A stretch of DNA of 64,000 nt from an uncultured Candidatus Saccharibacteria bacterium (GCA_964409615.1 CAYPDT010000001.1:243880-307879); one strand, 5' to 3'. Counted from the stretch's first letter, positions 8,592 to 19,260 are shown. A program made the numbers and translations. Notes: a model not told the origin generated them from the sequence alone.

Positions 8592-9563
8592 TTAGCGCGT
8601 ACTGCGCAGTTTATAAGCGCGACGTGCATAGTGCAAAACCCCAAATACATATCCTACCGAAACCAACGCCCAGTAGACAACCGAAAACCGAGCTTGAAAC
8701 AATTCAACACTAAAAAACACAGCGGCAGCAAGGTAAGTCACGCTAAACCATGCGAACTGTTTTAGGTAATGACTTGTCTTAGTGGCATTACTCACACTAT
8801 ATAGTCGCTGAAGCTCAGTTATTTGTTCGGAGTTAAAAGCTGGCGCTGGGTGCGTTTTATCGAGTACTTCTCGCATCAAGATATGGGCAGCATTTATCAG
8901 AGTTTTGGTTGAGGCACTATATTCCAATTGTGCAGCACCACTTCTGAAATAAAGAAAAATACTGTTCCCGCTAAATTCAACGTCGATCATGGTTGGAAAA
9001 TCTATTAAGCTACGCATAACATCTGGGGTTAAGATGGTAAGTACTGCTTGCTCAGTACCTCGTGAGCACAAAACATCAAAGTAGCTATGAAAATCACCCT
9101 CTAACAAGTACTGGCTTGGAATAGCCACCATGTCGTCAAGCGTGTCTTCGATGAGAGTGTCATTTGCCTTCCGGTTCAGAACTATCCTTGGGAATTCTCG
9201 CGTTGTAATTAGCCGCAATACGCGTGTCCTATTTGCAACACCATTTGTTTCGCTAATTACTAACATATCTGCTCGCAAGGTCGTACCAGGCAGAAAGCCT
9301 TTGATAGCCTCACTGACTCCACGACTTGTGCCCATGGCAATGTTTTTAAGAGCCGCAGGTGGCCGATGATGATAATAACCCAGCTCCCAACCAGCCTGAG
9401 TTGCCCATTGAACGTATGGTTGATTATTGGAATTCGCCGTGTCAGCTGCCGGATTGGCCACTTTCGTCATAGCAGGTGATGAAGGAGTGATATTTGCGGA
9501 AGGGTTAGAATTGTTTGCAGGATTTTTTTGTGGTTCCATTACAGACAATATACCACTCGTCAT
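8592..9563 (-). CDS. Hypothetical membrane protein
   Basis: Long ORF with a low-complexity N-terminus and C-terminal hydrophobic helices (FAWFSVTYLAAAVFF.., VVYWALVSVGYVFGVL). Confidence 0.5.
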   Translation of the reverse strand: MTSGILSVMEPQKNPANNSNPSANITPSSPAMTKVANPAADTANSNNQPYVQWATQAGWELGYYHHRPPAALKNIAMGTSRGVSEAIKGFLPGTTLRADMLVISETNGVANRTRVLRLITTREFPRIVLNRKANDTLIEDTLDDMVAIPSQYLLEGDFHSYFDVLCSRGTEQAVLTILTPDVMRSLIDFPTMIDVEFSGNSIFLYFRSGAAQLEYSASTKTLINAAHILMREVLDKTHPAPAFNSEQITELQRLYSVSNATKTSHYLKQFAWFSVTYLAAAVFFSVELFQARFSVVYWALVSVGYVFGVLHYARRAYKLRSTR

Positions 9564-9701
9564 TTCAAAGCAATGTAAAGCTTCAGCTTAAATTCAGCTT
9601 TATCTGTGATTCATCTGTAAGTTATCCACAAGCGGTATTGACTTTGTGTAAAAAACGCGAGATACTTCACTCGATTAACATAAAAATAAGGAAAAAGTTC
9701 G

Positions 9702-11522
9702 ATGGCTCTACCTAGAACACAAACAAAACCCAAATCAATACAAAAACAAAAGTCCTTCAAAGACTTTTTTAACACTGGTAAAAAGAAAGCTATCGCCCTT
9801 GGTGGTGTTTTGGTCATCGCAGCAATAGGTGCGTACCTAATGTTCTTTGTTGGTGCCGCACCAAACAACTGTTCTGCAGTTGATGGTGGTGGCATATGTG
9901 ATGTCAACCAAGCTTCAAGCCCTGATGGAGCTGATGCCGTAGCATCTACAACCGACGAAGTACAAAATCTGAGCCGTAATGCTGGCTGGACCGACTGGGG
10001 AGTGCCCTTCCGAGCACCTAACTTCCCGCAAAATGGTGCATTACCTGTATGGCGCTTTTATCGTAACGACATTACCGCTCACTTCCTAGTTATCGAAGGT
10101 AGCGCCGAATATAACACGATGGTAGCTGACCCAGCGAATGCTCGAGAAGGCATTGCCTTTTACGCATGGCCAGATGGTCGTCAGCCCGGCACCACACCAA
10201 TTCACCGTATTAATCGCAAGCCATTATGGTTCTTGCAGATGTACACCGACAACCAGAATGTTGTTAACCAATTCGTTGCTAACCCAGATGGTTCTTGGCA
10301 AGATGGTGGTGTAAACTTCTGGGCTTACCCATCAACCTACTTCCCTCCAGTTCCTGCCTCAACACCAACCAAAGATACTGACTGTGCTAACCAGAATCTA
10401 ACTCCTGGCGATAAGGGTGCCTGCGTACAATGGCACAAGGGTGTGCTCAATGGCTACGTTGTATACAACGGTAATCAAGCACCACAGCTCGATGTCAACA
10501 ATAATGACTTCGATTCAACCACCAACGACTACACTCGTCTGTTTGTAAAATCACTACAGTCTAAGGGTGTCAAAGCACCAGACTATAGCAATGTTCTAAC
10601 CAAAGAAATTTGGGAGGCATTTGCTGCCGGATATCCTGCAGCTCCAGTCACCCGACCTAACCCAACAACTCCTGGTGTGCCTAACGTTCCAAGTACTCCT
10701 CAGCCAAAAGACCCAGGTAAGACCGATACACTTCCTTCTGGACCAACTCAGCCAGTAGGTACCGACAACAAACCTCCACAGCCAAGTCAACCAATCGCCG
10801 GGCCAGATAGCGGTGTTGGATGTACTACTGCAAACGCTGGCGAGGCACTAACCCATAAAGGACGCAATGCTGCTGGGGAACAATATAGCAAAGCATGTAT
10901 AACAACACTCCAGGTTTGGGCAGGTCTACGTGGTGCGGATGCAGACGGCATCTGGGGACCAAAGACAGAATTCGCTATTACTGCAAAATTAAAGCAGAAC
11001 CAACCGCGGAATCCAGGGGCAATTCCAAACCGTAACCCTGATAATCGAAGTACGCAAAGTAACGATAGCAAAAACCCACAACCTTCAACTCCTGCACCAC
11101 GCCCAGACCCAGACACTCGAAGCCCACAAAATGCACCAACCGGGCGACTCGGTAACGGCACAAAACAACATTTAAACATATACGTTGACGCCAGCGATAA
11201 AGTTGTTTCCAACAGCGGATCATGGACACGACACTACATCTGCGATGTCTACGTTAACGACAAAGTATGGAAATATGCTCGAGATGACAGCGGTAAAGAT
11301 TTAACTAGCTCATTCCTCAAAGTCAAACAAGGCACCGGACGATTCGCCGCAACCAAGACGAATCCAGGCAACGATCGTACTTCGTGTACTTACACTAGTC
11401 GATTCAAGAACGCCAGAACCAATGCATGGATAATGTCAACTACTGACCGCGGTGTTGGCACCGACGGTGAAGGTGATGGCCTCGTCAACCGAGTAACTAA
11501 GAAGACTCGCGTTAACGACTAG
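9702..11522 (+). CDS. Secreted/anchored protein with peptidoglycan-binding-like segments and Pro-rich linkers
   Basis: N-terminal TM or signal anchor. Two PG-binding-like stretches (GDKGACVQWHKGVLNGY; ITTLQVWAGLRGADADGIWGPKTEFAI) and long P/T/Q-rich linkers. Confidence 0.55.
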   Translation: MALPRTQTKPKSIQKQKSFKDFFNTGKKKAIALGGVLVIAAIGAYLMFFVGAAPNNCSAVDGGGICDVNQASSPDGADAVASTTDEVQNLSRNAGWTDWGVPFRAPNFPQNGALPVWRFYRNDITAHFLVIEGSAEYNTMVADPANAREGIAFYAWPDGRQPGTTPIHRINRKPLWFLQMYTDNQNVVNQFVANPDGSWQDGGVNFWAYPSTYFPPVPASTPTKDTDCANQNLTPGDKGACVQWHKGVLNGYVVYNGNQAPQLDVNNNDFDSTTNDYTRLFVKSLQSKGVKAPDYSNVLTKEIWEAFAAGYPAAPVTRPNPTTPGVPNVPSTPQPKDPGKTDTLPSGPTQPVGTDNKPPQPSQPIAGPDSGVGCTTANAGEALTHKGRNAAGEQYSKACITTLQVWAGLRGADADGIWGPKTEFAITAKLKQNQPRNPGAIPNRNPDNRSTQSNDSKNPQPSTPAPRPDPDTRSPQNAPTGRLGNGTKQHLNIYVDASDKVVSNSGSWTRHYICDVYVNDKVWKYARDDSGKDLTSSFLKVKQGTGRFAATKTNPGNDRTSCTYTSRFKNARTNAWIMSTTDRGVGTDGEGDGLVNRVTKKTRVND

Positions 11523-11550
11523 ACACTGCCTGCCACTCAAAAGCACAAAT

Positions 11551-11578
11551 AGAAACACCCTCGCAAGAGGGTGTTTCT
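11551..11578. terminator. Hairpin between convergent genes (bidirectional terminator candidate)
   Basis: AGAAACACCCTC-GCAA-GAGGGTGTTTCT, a perfect 12-bp stem, lying between the 9702..11522 (+) and 11577..13091 (-) ORFs. Confidence 0.6.
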
Positions 11579-13091
11579 ATTTGGCAGGCTTAGAACGCCG
11601 AGCACGGAGAACGATAGCTATCAGCCGTCGTGTACTCACGAATACAGCTAAACATACAGTAATGACAAACCCAAACGATACCAGCCACTCACCAAACCGA
11701 GTGTATAGCGTTTCAACCTGGTTGGTACGTGCCTCGACTACCACGGTAGTTACGCCACTTACTTGAGCATACTGATTACCGTTTGTATCGATAGCATAGG
11801 CAGATGCTGCATTAGCTGATTGCAAGAAATACCGAGCGTTAGAGACAGCCATAAACTTCCCAAGAGTCTTTTGTTGCCAGGAAAATAACGGTGATCCTTT
11901 GAAGGTAGCCAGCGATGCTGAATTAGTAAATAGGTTAGCACCACTTCGGGCAAAATCACGGTAGTCCTGTGGAGCAATAATGCTCGAGCAAACGGCTGAT
12001 GCTACCCGAATGTCGTCACCAATAACAAACGGAAGGAGTTGGCTCTCACCTTTTAGTACACTCCGGGCATAATCAAAATAGCTAATAGTCGATTGTTGCC
12101 CAAGTGCCCTCAGGCCACTACGCACCACGTATGGGAGGTCTTCACCACCTGGAATTAATCGATATTTATCCTGCGCCTCTAGCATGCCATCACGAGTATT
12201 ACCAAACAACATCCGGTTTAGATGGCCGGTGGTACGATTACGAAAAACCTGCTCTGAGCCAACAAAGTACGCCGGTTTGTCCCCAAGCCCTACAATCCGC
12301 GTAGCCAGATTTTCATTGGTAATTTTATCAAGCCCGTATTCTGGAAAAACCACCAGATCAACATTTTCTGGCGTAACAACCGGTACTCGTGCGCTCAAAC
12401 GCTCACTAATCAATTCTGCTCGTAGGCTCACTCCATTTGTAGTACGGTATGTAAAAAAACCTACGAACGACAGTACAGCAAGTGCTCCAATAGGCCACAG
12501 GCTGGCTTTGCGAGTAGTTTTTCGTCTCACCAGGTACACTATCAACCACACAAACCCACCAAGCCCATAAAGTCCCACAATACGGGCTGCGAATCGAAAG
12601 GGTGTAGTAACAACCGGCAAGCCGACACTACCCATTGGCAACACGTTATCGATGCTGCCCTGCGGGCCAAGCCAGATTAAAGCAACCAACCAAGCAACGG
12701 CGTATTCTGCCAGCGCCATAACAGGCACGCCAAGCACCAATAGAACCTTCAGCCCCATGCGACGATGAATGAATGCCAAAAGACGAATAAACTGCCACAT
12801 AATTAGCACCGCCAACAGAACATTGATTAACACTACAACGGTGGCTAACGCCAAGCCTTGCGTCTTAGACCCAGCAAGCTTGAGCGAGTCGGTAAAGAAC
12901 GACCATGACCACATTAAGCTATACCAGACAACAAGTGACAGTATAAACTTGCGGCGCGAAGCCCACCCAACAACCGGATTAGTGAATCTCGCAAGTTGCC
13001 TGAGCTTCTGACGAAACCTTGTGGCAATTCTCGTAGACTTTGTATGCGCATTGAAAGCTCGCGCTGACTTATCCTTGTGCTGGACACCCAT
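11577..13091 (-). CDS. lnt: Apolipoprotein N-acyltransferase-like protein (multi-TM N-terminus plus carbon-nitrogen hydrolase domain)
   Basis: Several N-terminal TM helices. CN-hydrolase triad context: VVFPEYG (Glu), DKYRLIPGGEDLP (Lys), ASAVCSSII (Cys). Confidence 0.55.
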   Translation of the reverse strand: MGVQHKDKSARAFNAHTKSTRIATRFRQKLRQLARFTNPVVGWASRRKFILSLVVWYSLMWSWSFFTDSLKLAGSKTQGLALATVVVLINVLLAVLIMWQFIRLLAFIHRRMGLKVLLVLGVPVMALAEYAVAWLVALIWLGPQGSIDNVLPMGSVGLPVVTTPFRFAARIVGLYGLGGFVWLIVYLVRRKTTRKASLWPIGALAVLSFVGFFTYRTTNGVSLRAELISERLSARVPVVTPENVDLVVFPEYGLDKITNENLATRIVGLGDKPAYFVGSEQVFRNRTTGHLNRMLFGNTRDGMLEAQDKYRLIPGGEDLPYVVRSGLRALGQQSTISYFDYARSVLKGESQLLPFVIGDDIRVASAVCSSIIAPQDYRDFARSGANLFTNSASLATFKGSPLFSWQQKTLGKFMAVSNARYFLQSANAASAYAIDTNGNQYAQVSGVTTVVVEARTNQVETLYTRFGEWLVSFGFVITVCLAVFVSTRRLIAIVLRARRSKPAK

Positions 13092-13167
13092 GCATTACAC
13101 CCTCTTATTCTTAGCTATTATGCGCCAAGCTACCTCAACATGCCAGCGTTTGACTGTGGATTTACAG

Positions 13168-13199
13168 CAAAAAAATACTCTGCAGCATGTGCAGAGTAT
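13168..13199 (-). terminator. Intrinsic terminator (minus strand)
   Basis: Perfect 10-bp stem ATACTCTGCA/TGCAGAGTAT with a 5-nt loop, followed on the minus strand by T7 (plus-strand A7 at 13169-13175). Confidence 0.65.
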
Positions 13200-13317
13200 A
13201 AAGATTGAGCGGTCAGTCACGAACAACTCGTTAGCCTAAGCATACCACAACGTAACCATTTTGACCAGCCTGAAATTATCTGACAAAACACCCTCGCTAG
13301 AATGCGCTACAAAAGCT

Positions 13318-13347
13318 AAGGGCTCCTACCTTGCGGTAAGAGCCCTT
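13318..13347 (-). terminator. Hairpin terminator just downstream of the LPNTG protein gene
   Basis: AAGGGCTC..GAGCCCTT stem 20 nt past the stop at 13368, with T-rich sequence on both sides. Confidence 0.5.
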
Positions 13348-13367
13348 TTTGTCACAGCCAGGATTTC

Positions 13368-15620
13368 TTATACTTCTTTGCGAGCAGCGTATAGCTTGTG
13401 CAAGATTGCACCGACCATACTTGTTGCAGCGAAGATGCCGAAGATGTTGCCTGCACCAGTGTTTGGAAGCACTGTTGGAGGAGTTACAGTTGGAGGAGTA
13501 GTGGTAGTCTTGATTGTTACAGGAGCTGCACACTTGTCGCTCTCAACGGTTTTGTTCTCGCCATTGACATCGAAGGTTACTACTGCGCGAGTCACAAACG
13601 TACCATCTTTGGTGTAGGTGTGCTCAGCAGTTTGCTTGTTTGTCATGAACTTGTCGCTACCATCGCCGTAGTCGAAGGTTGCAAACTTGTAGTTAGCGCC
13701 ATTGTTGGCAGTAACTTTGATAGTGTAGCGATATTGCTTTTCACCAATCTTTTCAGCGGTCAGTAGGTCACAGCTATATACAGGAGTTACAGGCTTTGGA
13801 GCAATCTCGATTTGAGTTGCACATGCAGCTGATGTAGCAGTCTTGTCTACGCCGTTTACCGTAAAGGTAACAGTAGCAGTAACATTGTATGTACCATCTT
13901 TGGTGTAGGTGTGCTCAGCAGTTGGGCTGCCAGTAGTTACACCAGTACCATCGCCGTAGTTGTAAGCAACATTCTTGAAAGTTGCGCCGTTACGAGCAGT
14001 ATAGGTTGTAGTGAAACGGTACTTGTTCTCGCCAATCTTGTTAGTTGTAAGCAAGTCACAGCTATAGATAGGGGTAGGAACATTTACTGTTGCGTCATCA
14101 CAATCGTCTTCATCATTCGGGTTGTTAGGGTTAACTTCTGGAGCGTTGACACATGCTGTGTTAACGATATCACCAGCGACTTCTGCAGTTACCTTAGCGC
14201 GGATGTTGATGTTTACAGAAGCACCAACTGCAAGCGCAGGAATGGTATAGGTAAGCTTGTTACCTTCGATAGAACCTTTATCGGTGCTGATGAACTGTAC
14301 GTTTGCAGGAGCGTTGTCGCTAACCTTCACGTTTGTCAGTGCAACATCACCAGTGTTCTTAACAACCAACTGGTAGGTAAATTCTTGGTTTACACCAACA
14401 GTCTTCTTCTCGACGCCATCAACTTTTTTGTCGATGCTTACACCAGGATTCTTAGGTGTTGGGTTACAGTTGTCTTTCTTAATCTTAACATCTGCATAGT
14501 CTTGGATTTCTGGGTACTGTCGTGATGCAACGAATGCTAAGTTACGGACGGTAACTTCACACTCTGCAAAGTCATCTTTAGCAATTGTATCGAAGCGGAT
14601 GTTGAAACCTGAGTTTGGCTGTAGTACGCCGACACCAATACCACCGGTAGTGAATAGCGGGCCATCTTGCTGAACTACATCTTGTGGAGCAGAGTCAATG
14701 TAACGGACAGAACCCGAAACAAGCTGCATGTGTGGAGGAAGCTGATCGCTTACTGCAACGTCATCAAGCTTAGCAGTACCAAGGTTGTTTACGCGCAGAC
14801 CCCATTGGATTTTGTCACCAGGCTTTACTTCAGTTGACTTGCCGTAAGCAGCGTTAACGCCTGCCTTACGGACCATCTTCTCAAGCTTTAGTTCAGGTGT
14901 CTTAATGCGGACACGAATTTCTACGCTTGCCTGGTAGTCGAAACAGCCAGGGAAATCACCATTAATGTTGTCGTAGCCAACTTGTACCCCGTTACCGACG
15001 ATTCCATCACTTAGCTTATAGCCACCAGCTGATGCTGGGTGTGCAGCCGTGTAAAGGATAGCTGAACCAGGTACGTATTCTACAGAGAATGGAGTACCGT
15101 CAATAAGTTCGGTTGTGTCAGTTACTTCGCCAGCGTAGCCTGGAGCTGGGTTGTCCCAGTTGATGTAGCTACGTGCACGTAGTTCGGTAGCAGTACCAGT
15201 AGGAAGATCGATCCGAATACGAGTATTCTTAGCGATGCCAAGGCCACTTGCATTAGTGTCTTGGTTAGCATTGTTGTGAATGTACGAGCGAAGAATAACT
15301 TCTTTAGTACCCTGGGTTGGGTAACTTGTTACATCTTTGAACGCGTTAACGCCGTCGGCTTGGTCAGTTCGTGCTGAGTCAAAGAACGCACGTTCGTCGC
15401 CATAATATGGAGTGTTAACAAATGAGTTAAACACTGGGCCATTCAAAGAACCTTTGCGTTGATCAGGATTGTTCCAGTCAAAGGTTGGTCGGTTTGCTGG
15501 GCTAAAGCCGGCAAACGTAAGTGCGCTCGTTAGTACGATGCCTGTGGCAACGAGGCCAGCAAGGACTTTAGTCTTCACACTTGTTGGGCGAAGCTTTTTG
15601 ATGATATTTCGTAATTTCAT
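13368..15620 (-). CDS. Sortase-anchored surface protein with DUF11-like and PKD-like repeats, LPNTG signal
   Basis: Signal peptide, a DUF11-like region (VKNTGDVALTNVKVSD) and two PKD-like repeats (..YGDG..EHTYTKDGT..). It ends with LPNTG, a hydrophobic helix and an ARKEV tail. Confidence 0.8.
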   Translation of the reverse strand: MKLRNIIKKLRPTSVKTKVLAGLVATGIVLTSALTFAGFSPANRPTFDWNNPDQRKGSLNGPVFNSFVNTPYYGDERAFFDSARTDQADGVNAFKDVTSYPTQGTKEVILRSYIHNNANQDTNASGLGIAKNTRIRIDLPTGTATELRARSYINWDNPAPGYAGEVTDTTELIDGTPFSVEYVPGSAILYTAAHPASAGGYKLSDGIVGNGVQVGYDNINGDFPGCFDYQASVEIRVRIKTPELKLEKMVRKAGVNAAYGKSTEVKPGDKIQWGLRVNNLGTAKLDDVAVSDQLPPHMQLVSGSVRYIDSAPQDVVQQDGPLFTTGGIGVGVLQPNSGFNIRFDTIAKDDFAECEVTVRNLAFVASRQYPEIQDYADVKIKKDNCNPTPKNPGVSIDKKVDGVEKKTVGVNQEFTYQLVVKNTGDVALTNVKVSDNAPANVQFISTDKGSIEGNKLTYTIPALAVGASVNINIRAKVTAEVAGDIVNTACVNAPEVNPNNPNDEDDCDDATVNVPTPIYSCDLLTTNKIGENKYRFTTTYTARNGATFKNVAYNYGDGTGVTTGSPTAEHTYTKDGTYNVTATVTFTVNGVDKTATSAACATQIEIAPKPVTPVYSCDLLTAEKIGEKQYRYTIKVTANNGANYKFATFDYGDGSDKFMTNKQTAEHTYTKDGTFVTRAVVTFDVNGENKTVESDKCAAPVTIKTTTTPPTVTPPTVLPNTGAGNIFGIFAATSMVGAILHKLYAARKEV
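13497..14072 (-). repeat. Two tandem 288-nt (96-aa) PKD-like coding repeats
   Basis: Both units begin P[I/V]YSCDLLT.. and contain YGDG..TAEHTYTKDGT. Boundaries were counted from the C-terminus of the ORF translation. Confidence 0.7.
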
Positions 15621-15648
15621 AGTTATGTCCTAATTACCTTTCGTTACC

Positions 15649-16782
15649 TTAATCGCCAAGTTCTGGTGAAGTTACTGTTGGTCGTGGAGCCTCAGTAGTT
15701 GCAGGCGTCGATGGTGCTGGAGTTCGTGGAACGCCCGTGGTTGCAGGAGGAAGTGCAGGAGGAAGTGTTTCCTGAGGGTGTTCTGCCCTTGGAACAGTTG
15801 CAGTTGGTACATCGCCAGGGCCGTAACCAGTTTCATTGCTGTCGTTTTGTGGGTCGTCACCATTTTCCGGGCTACCACCGGCACCGGCAGAATTTGGGTT
15901 ACCTTCGTGGGTGCGAGGCTTTGGAGTTTTGTCGCGTGGACCAGGAGTTGGTGTTTCTGGGGTGCCTGGTTGTGGGTTCTGTGGAACGCTTACTACAACT
16001 GGAGGGAGTTCTGGTGGTGCACTTACAACAAGTTTGGTACGGAGGATTGGGTTATCGCAACCGTAAGCCTTAAGTACAACTGCGTAAAGTACATCCTTTT
16101 CGTCGCCACCCTGAGCGATACGAATAATGTCTACTGGTAAGCTACCGTCATCAAAGCGTTTAACTTTGCTCAAGAAGTTTTCGATACCAGCTTGGTCTAC
16201 AACTACAGCCTCGACGTGTCCGCCGGCTTCGATAGAGATGGTAGGCTTCTTAGTTGCACGGTGGATGTCTACTTGATCACCTTTTTTACAGCTAAAGTTT
16301 GCATAGGTACGAGCCTGGGTAATCTGTACAGCAGTCATCTTGTGAGCAAGCACATCAGCACGTTCGTCTGCTGTTAGTACACGACCTTCCGAGGTAACAC
16401 TATTTAGGTAGCCATCGCCAAGGAGTGAGTCAACTGCTTCACTGCCAAGAGCGTGATCATAGAATGACATAAGCTTAGGACCAAGTTCTGGGTTGTCGTT
16501 TGCGTAGTCAATCCAGTAGTCACCGTTAAATTCGTTTGCAGTCTGCTCTGCTGGGCGCAATTTACCACCACAGTTAAAGACAGAGATGTCATCACGTTGT
16601 AAATCTGCGTCAGTTACTGGTGTAACTTCTGTAAGATTAGTTAGCTGATCGAGTGTCTGGCCTTCAGCCTCACTTCGTTGGCTAGCCTGTTGTACTTCAC
16701 CGCCGCTACATGCAGCACCGCCCAATAAAGTTGCGGTAAGTGTTGCGACTGCTAGTGCTTCTCGGATACCTGGTCGTTCCAT
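15649..16782 (-). CDS. Putative lipoprotein with Pro-rich C-terminal tail
   Basis: I moved the start to the ATG at 16782 because it has SD GGGAGA upstream. The N-terminus is MERPGIREALAVATLTATLLGGAAC (lipobox-like). The C-terminus is P/T-rich. The stop lies 28 nt upstream of the LPNTG gene start, which suggests an operon. Confidence 0.55.
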   Translation of the reverse strand: MERPGIREALAVATLTATLLGGAACSGGEVQQASQRSEAEGQTLDQLTNLTEVTPVTDADLQRDDISVFNCGGKLRPAEQTANEFNGDYWIDYANDNPELGPKLMSFYDHALGSEAVDSLLGDGYLNSVTSEGRVLTADERADVLAHKMTAVQITQARTYANFSCKKGDQVDIHRATKKPTISIEAGGHVEAVVVDQAGIENFLSKVKRFDDGSLPVDIIRIAQGGDEKDVLYAVVLKAYGCDNPILRTKLVVSAPPELPPVVVSVPQNPQPGTPETPTPGPRDKTPKPRTHEGNPNSAGAGGSPENGDDPQNDSNETGYGPGDVPTATVPRAEHPQETLPPALPPATTGVPRTPAPSTPATTEAPRPTVTSPELGD

Positions 16783-16996
16783 AATTCTCCCATTTGGGCG
16801 TATTGCCCTTACTCCATCTACCCCGTAGGGGCAGACCACCTTGTAATGCGTTCTACTTTACCACAAGCATATGCTTATGTCAATACTTTTCAACATGTAT
16901 TCACCATAAACACAAGCGTTTTAAAGAATAACACCGTACCGGTCAAAGCCTACCACACCTTACAGAGGTAAAACTGTGAAATATCTTATAAAATAA

Positions 16997-19195
16997 TTAG
17001 TTCTTTGATGCCAGCAATTTAGCCTTTGGGAAGGTAAAACCAAAGGTGCTACCTTTGCCCTCTTCGCTCTTGAAAATAATTGCCCCACCCTGGGCAATAA
17101 TGACTTTTTTAGCCATGAACAACCCTAGTCCGGTACCATCTGGGCGAGCTTTCTTGGCATTACCTGCCCGGAAGAACTTGGTGAACAGATGGTGCTGCTC
17201 GGCTTTCGGAACACCCAGACCATCGTCAACTACGGTATATTCAATAGAATCACCCTTATCTTCTAGATTAAGCTGTATATGCCCCCCTGCCGGGGTGTAA
17301 TGCAAGGCGTTATCGGCGAAGTTCATAATTACCTGGCGAATCTTAGTTTCGTCGAGCATTAATTCGGGGAAGTTCTCTGGCTTAGTAAAGGTGAGGGTCT
17401 GATTTTTACTCTTAGCCACCTCTGTTAACTGCTCCATTTCAGATGACACCACCTCTGTTAGCTGCGTTGGCTTGTTCTCTATTACAAACTTACCACTACG
17501 CAAGCGAGAGACGTTTAACAGGTCGGCAATCAGATAAACCATACGCTGCGAGCTAGCAAAAGCCTGGTTTAGCAGTTCTTGCTGCTGCTTGGTTAGCTTG
17601 CCAGCGTCGCCCTCTACAACCATACTCACATAGCCTTTCACCGCTGTTAATGGTGTCCGTAGCTGATGAGAAGCCATACTAATAAACTCGTCTTTAGTTT
17701 CGTCTAGTGCCTTTAGTTTCTCATTGGTCTGACGTAACTGACGAGTAGCATCATCGACTTTTTGTTGCAGGGTGATGTTAAATGTCTCAATCTCTTCGAA
17801 ACGAAGAGCGTTTTGGATAGCAATCACCAGCTCATTCGCAATAATATCCAACACCTGTAAGTCTTGTTTGTTATAGGCATTTCCACTCTGTTTTGCGCCC
17901 ATAAGCATGTAGCCGATTTCTTGCGATGACTTGTCGGCGAGAGCCAATTTAGATGCAATAGCCACCCCACTCTGGTTGAGTGTAGTCTTGAGAGCAGCCT
18001 GATTTTCCTCTAGCTCATCCGTTACTACGATGGTCGTCTTGCCTTTAATACGCTCACCAATAGATAGAATGCCATCCTCATCGATATCTCGCTTGCGCGA
18101 GAGTACAACACGTCTAGCTGTATTTTCGGTTTTTCTGATGATAAAACCAGAGTATTCGGCCTTCAGGGTGCTACTTATCAGGTCTGCTGACTGCTTGAGC
18201 AATATGTCGAGGTTAATATTACCCACCAGCATCTTATTAAGCTTATCCAGCAGGTCCTGAGCATCATATGCATCCCTATAGAACAATCTGTTAGTAATAC
18301 GGTCAAAGAAGCGCTTGAGCGGTGCAAGACTGAAACCAAAAATAAGGGTGGCAAGTATATACAATGCTTGCTGTAAACCAGTTAAGTTACCGGAGCCAAA
18401 CACGTTGCTCGACAGTCCAAAAATGGCTAATACATATGCCCCTACAAGAGTAGTTAAGGTTAAGATGTAGCCCACAGATCGAGCAACAATTAGGCGGATA
18501 TCAAACAACCCCTGTTTTAATAGTGAATACACCGTTAAAGAGATGAAGTATATCGGTGCCATGTAGCCAACAACATATAACGCAGTCTGATCACCCAGTA
18601 TTTGGGGCAATAGCACTATAAATACAGTGGCATGCACAATAGTAAGTGTTAGCCCACTCAAAAGAGTTACTGTTTGTCGACGAAGTGCGACATCCTTACT
18701 CCTGCGGATAATTTCGATGTCATTGAAGTAAACACTGACCAGCACTAAGATTACAAAAACTCCAATTATCGCAGCTAACGGGCCAGGACTGTAAACAAAC
18801 TTATCACTCTTAATAATGAATTCACCGGCCACAATTTTATAGGGCGATAGAATTGCGCTTATAGCGCCAAAGCCCACAATAGACTTCTGTACAGTTGTCA
18901 TCCTCTTTTTCTCTGGGTAATACAGAGTAAATAAATAAATTTCTAGTAATACTAGGCTCCCCAGAAAATATCCGAGCCTGTTTAATACTCCGAAGAGAGT
19001 CGCGTACGAAACATTGGCATTGTCTACAAATGCAAGTGCGCCGTTAACAATTGTCCAGGTAAGTGTAGAAAGCGTAACAACGGCGAATAGTCGTTGATCA
19101 ATCCTACGAGTCGCTCTACCTTCAAGGAATAGCAATAGCCCTACTGCCAGCTGGCAGACAGCCACAATACCTAGCAGAGCAATTGCAAACTTCAT
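16997..19195 (-). CDS. Sensor histidine kinase with multi-TM N-terminal domain
   Basis: About 8 N-terminal TM helices. H-box SMASHQLRTPLT, N-box NFADNALHYTP, G1 DDGLGVP, G2 GTGLGLFMAKKV. Confidence 0.85.
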   Translation of the reverse strand: MKFAIALLGIVAVCQLAVGLLLFLEGRATRRIDQRLFAVVTLSTLTWTIVNGALAFVDNANVSYATLFGVLNRLGYFLGSLVLLEIYLFTLYYPEKKRMTTVQKSIVGFGAISAILSPYKIVAGEFIIKSDKFVYSPGPLAAIIGVFVILVLVSVYFNDIEIIRRSKDVALRRQTVTLLSGLTLTIVHATVFIVLLPQILGDQTALYVVGYMAPIYFISLTVYSLLKQGLFDIRLIVARSVGYILTLTTLVGAYVLAIFGLSSNVFGSGNLTGLQQALYILATLIFGFSLAPLKRFFDRITNRLFYRDAYDAQDLLDKLNKMLVGNINLDILLKQSADLISSTLKAEYSGFIIRKTENTARRVVLSRKRDIDEDGILSIGERIKGKTTIVVTDELEENQAALKTTLNQSGVAIASKLALADKSSQEIGYMLMGAKQSGNAYNKQDLQVLDIIANELVIAIQNALRFEEIETFNITLQQKVDDATRQLRQTNEKLKALDETKDEFISMASHQLRTPLTAVKGYVSMVVEGDAGKLTKQQQELLNQAFASSQRMVYLIADLLNVSRLRSGKFVIENKPTQLTEVVSSEMEQLTEVAKSKNQTLTFTKPENFPELMLDETKIRQVIMNFADNALHYTPAGGHIQLNLEDKGDSIEYTVVDDGLGVPKAEQHHLFTKFFRAGNAKKARPDGTGLGLFMAKKVIIAQGGAIIFKSEEGKGSTFGFTFPKAKLLASKN

Positions 19196-19260
19196 CTTGC
19201 ATAAATTATAGCAAGCTTAAGCGACTTGTAACAGTTTAATTAGTGCTTACAGCAAGTAAT

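Noticed and set aside
10596-11229. Minus-strand ORFs opposite the Pro-rich linker region of 9702..11522
   Set aside because: They are antisense to a 606-aa ORF that has a signal anchor and domain motifs. Low-complexity sequence explains the open frames.
13261-13617. Plus-strand ORF 13261..13617
   Set aside because: It spans a terminator hairpin and the 3' end of the LPNTG protein gene in antisense, and has no supporting signals.
15672-16140. Alternative-frame and antisense ORFs in the Pro-rich 3' part of 15649..16839
   Set aside because: They overlap the longer ORF, which has a lipoprotein signal and an SD. The GC-rich, proline-coding sequence lacks stops in several frames.
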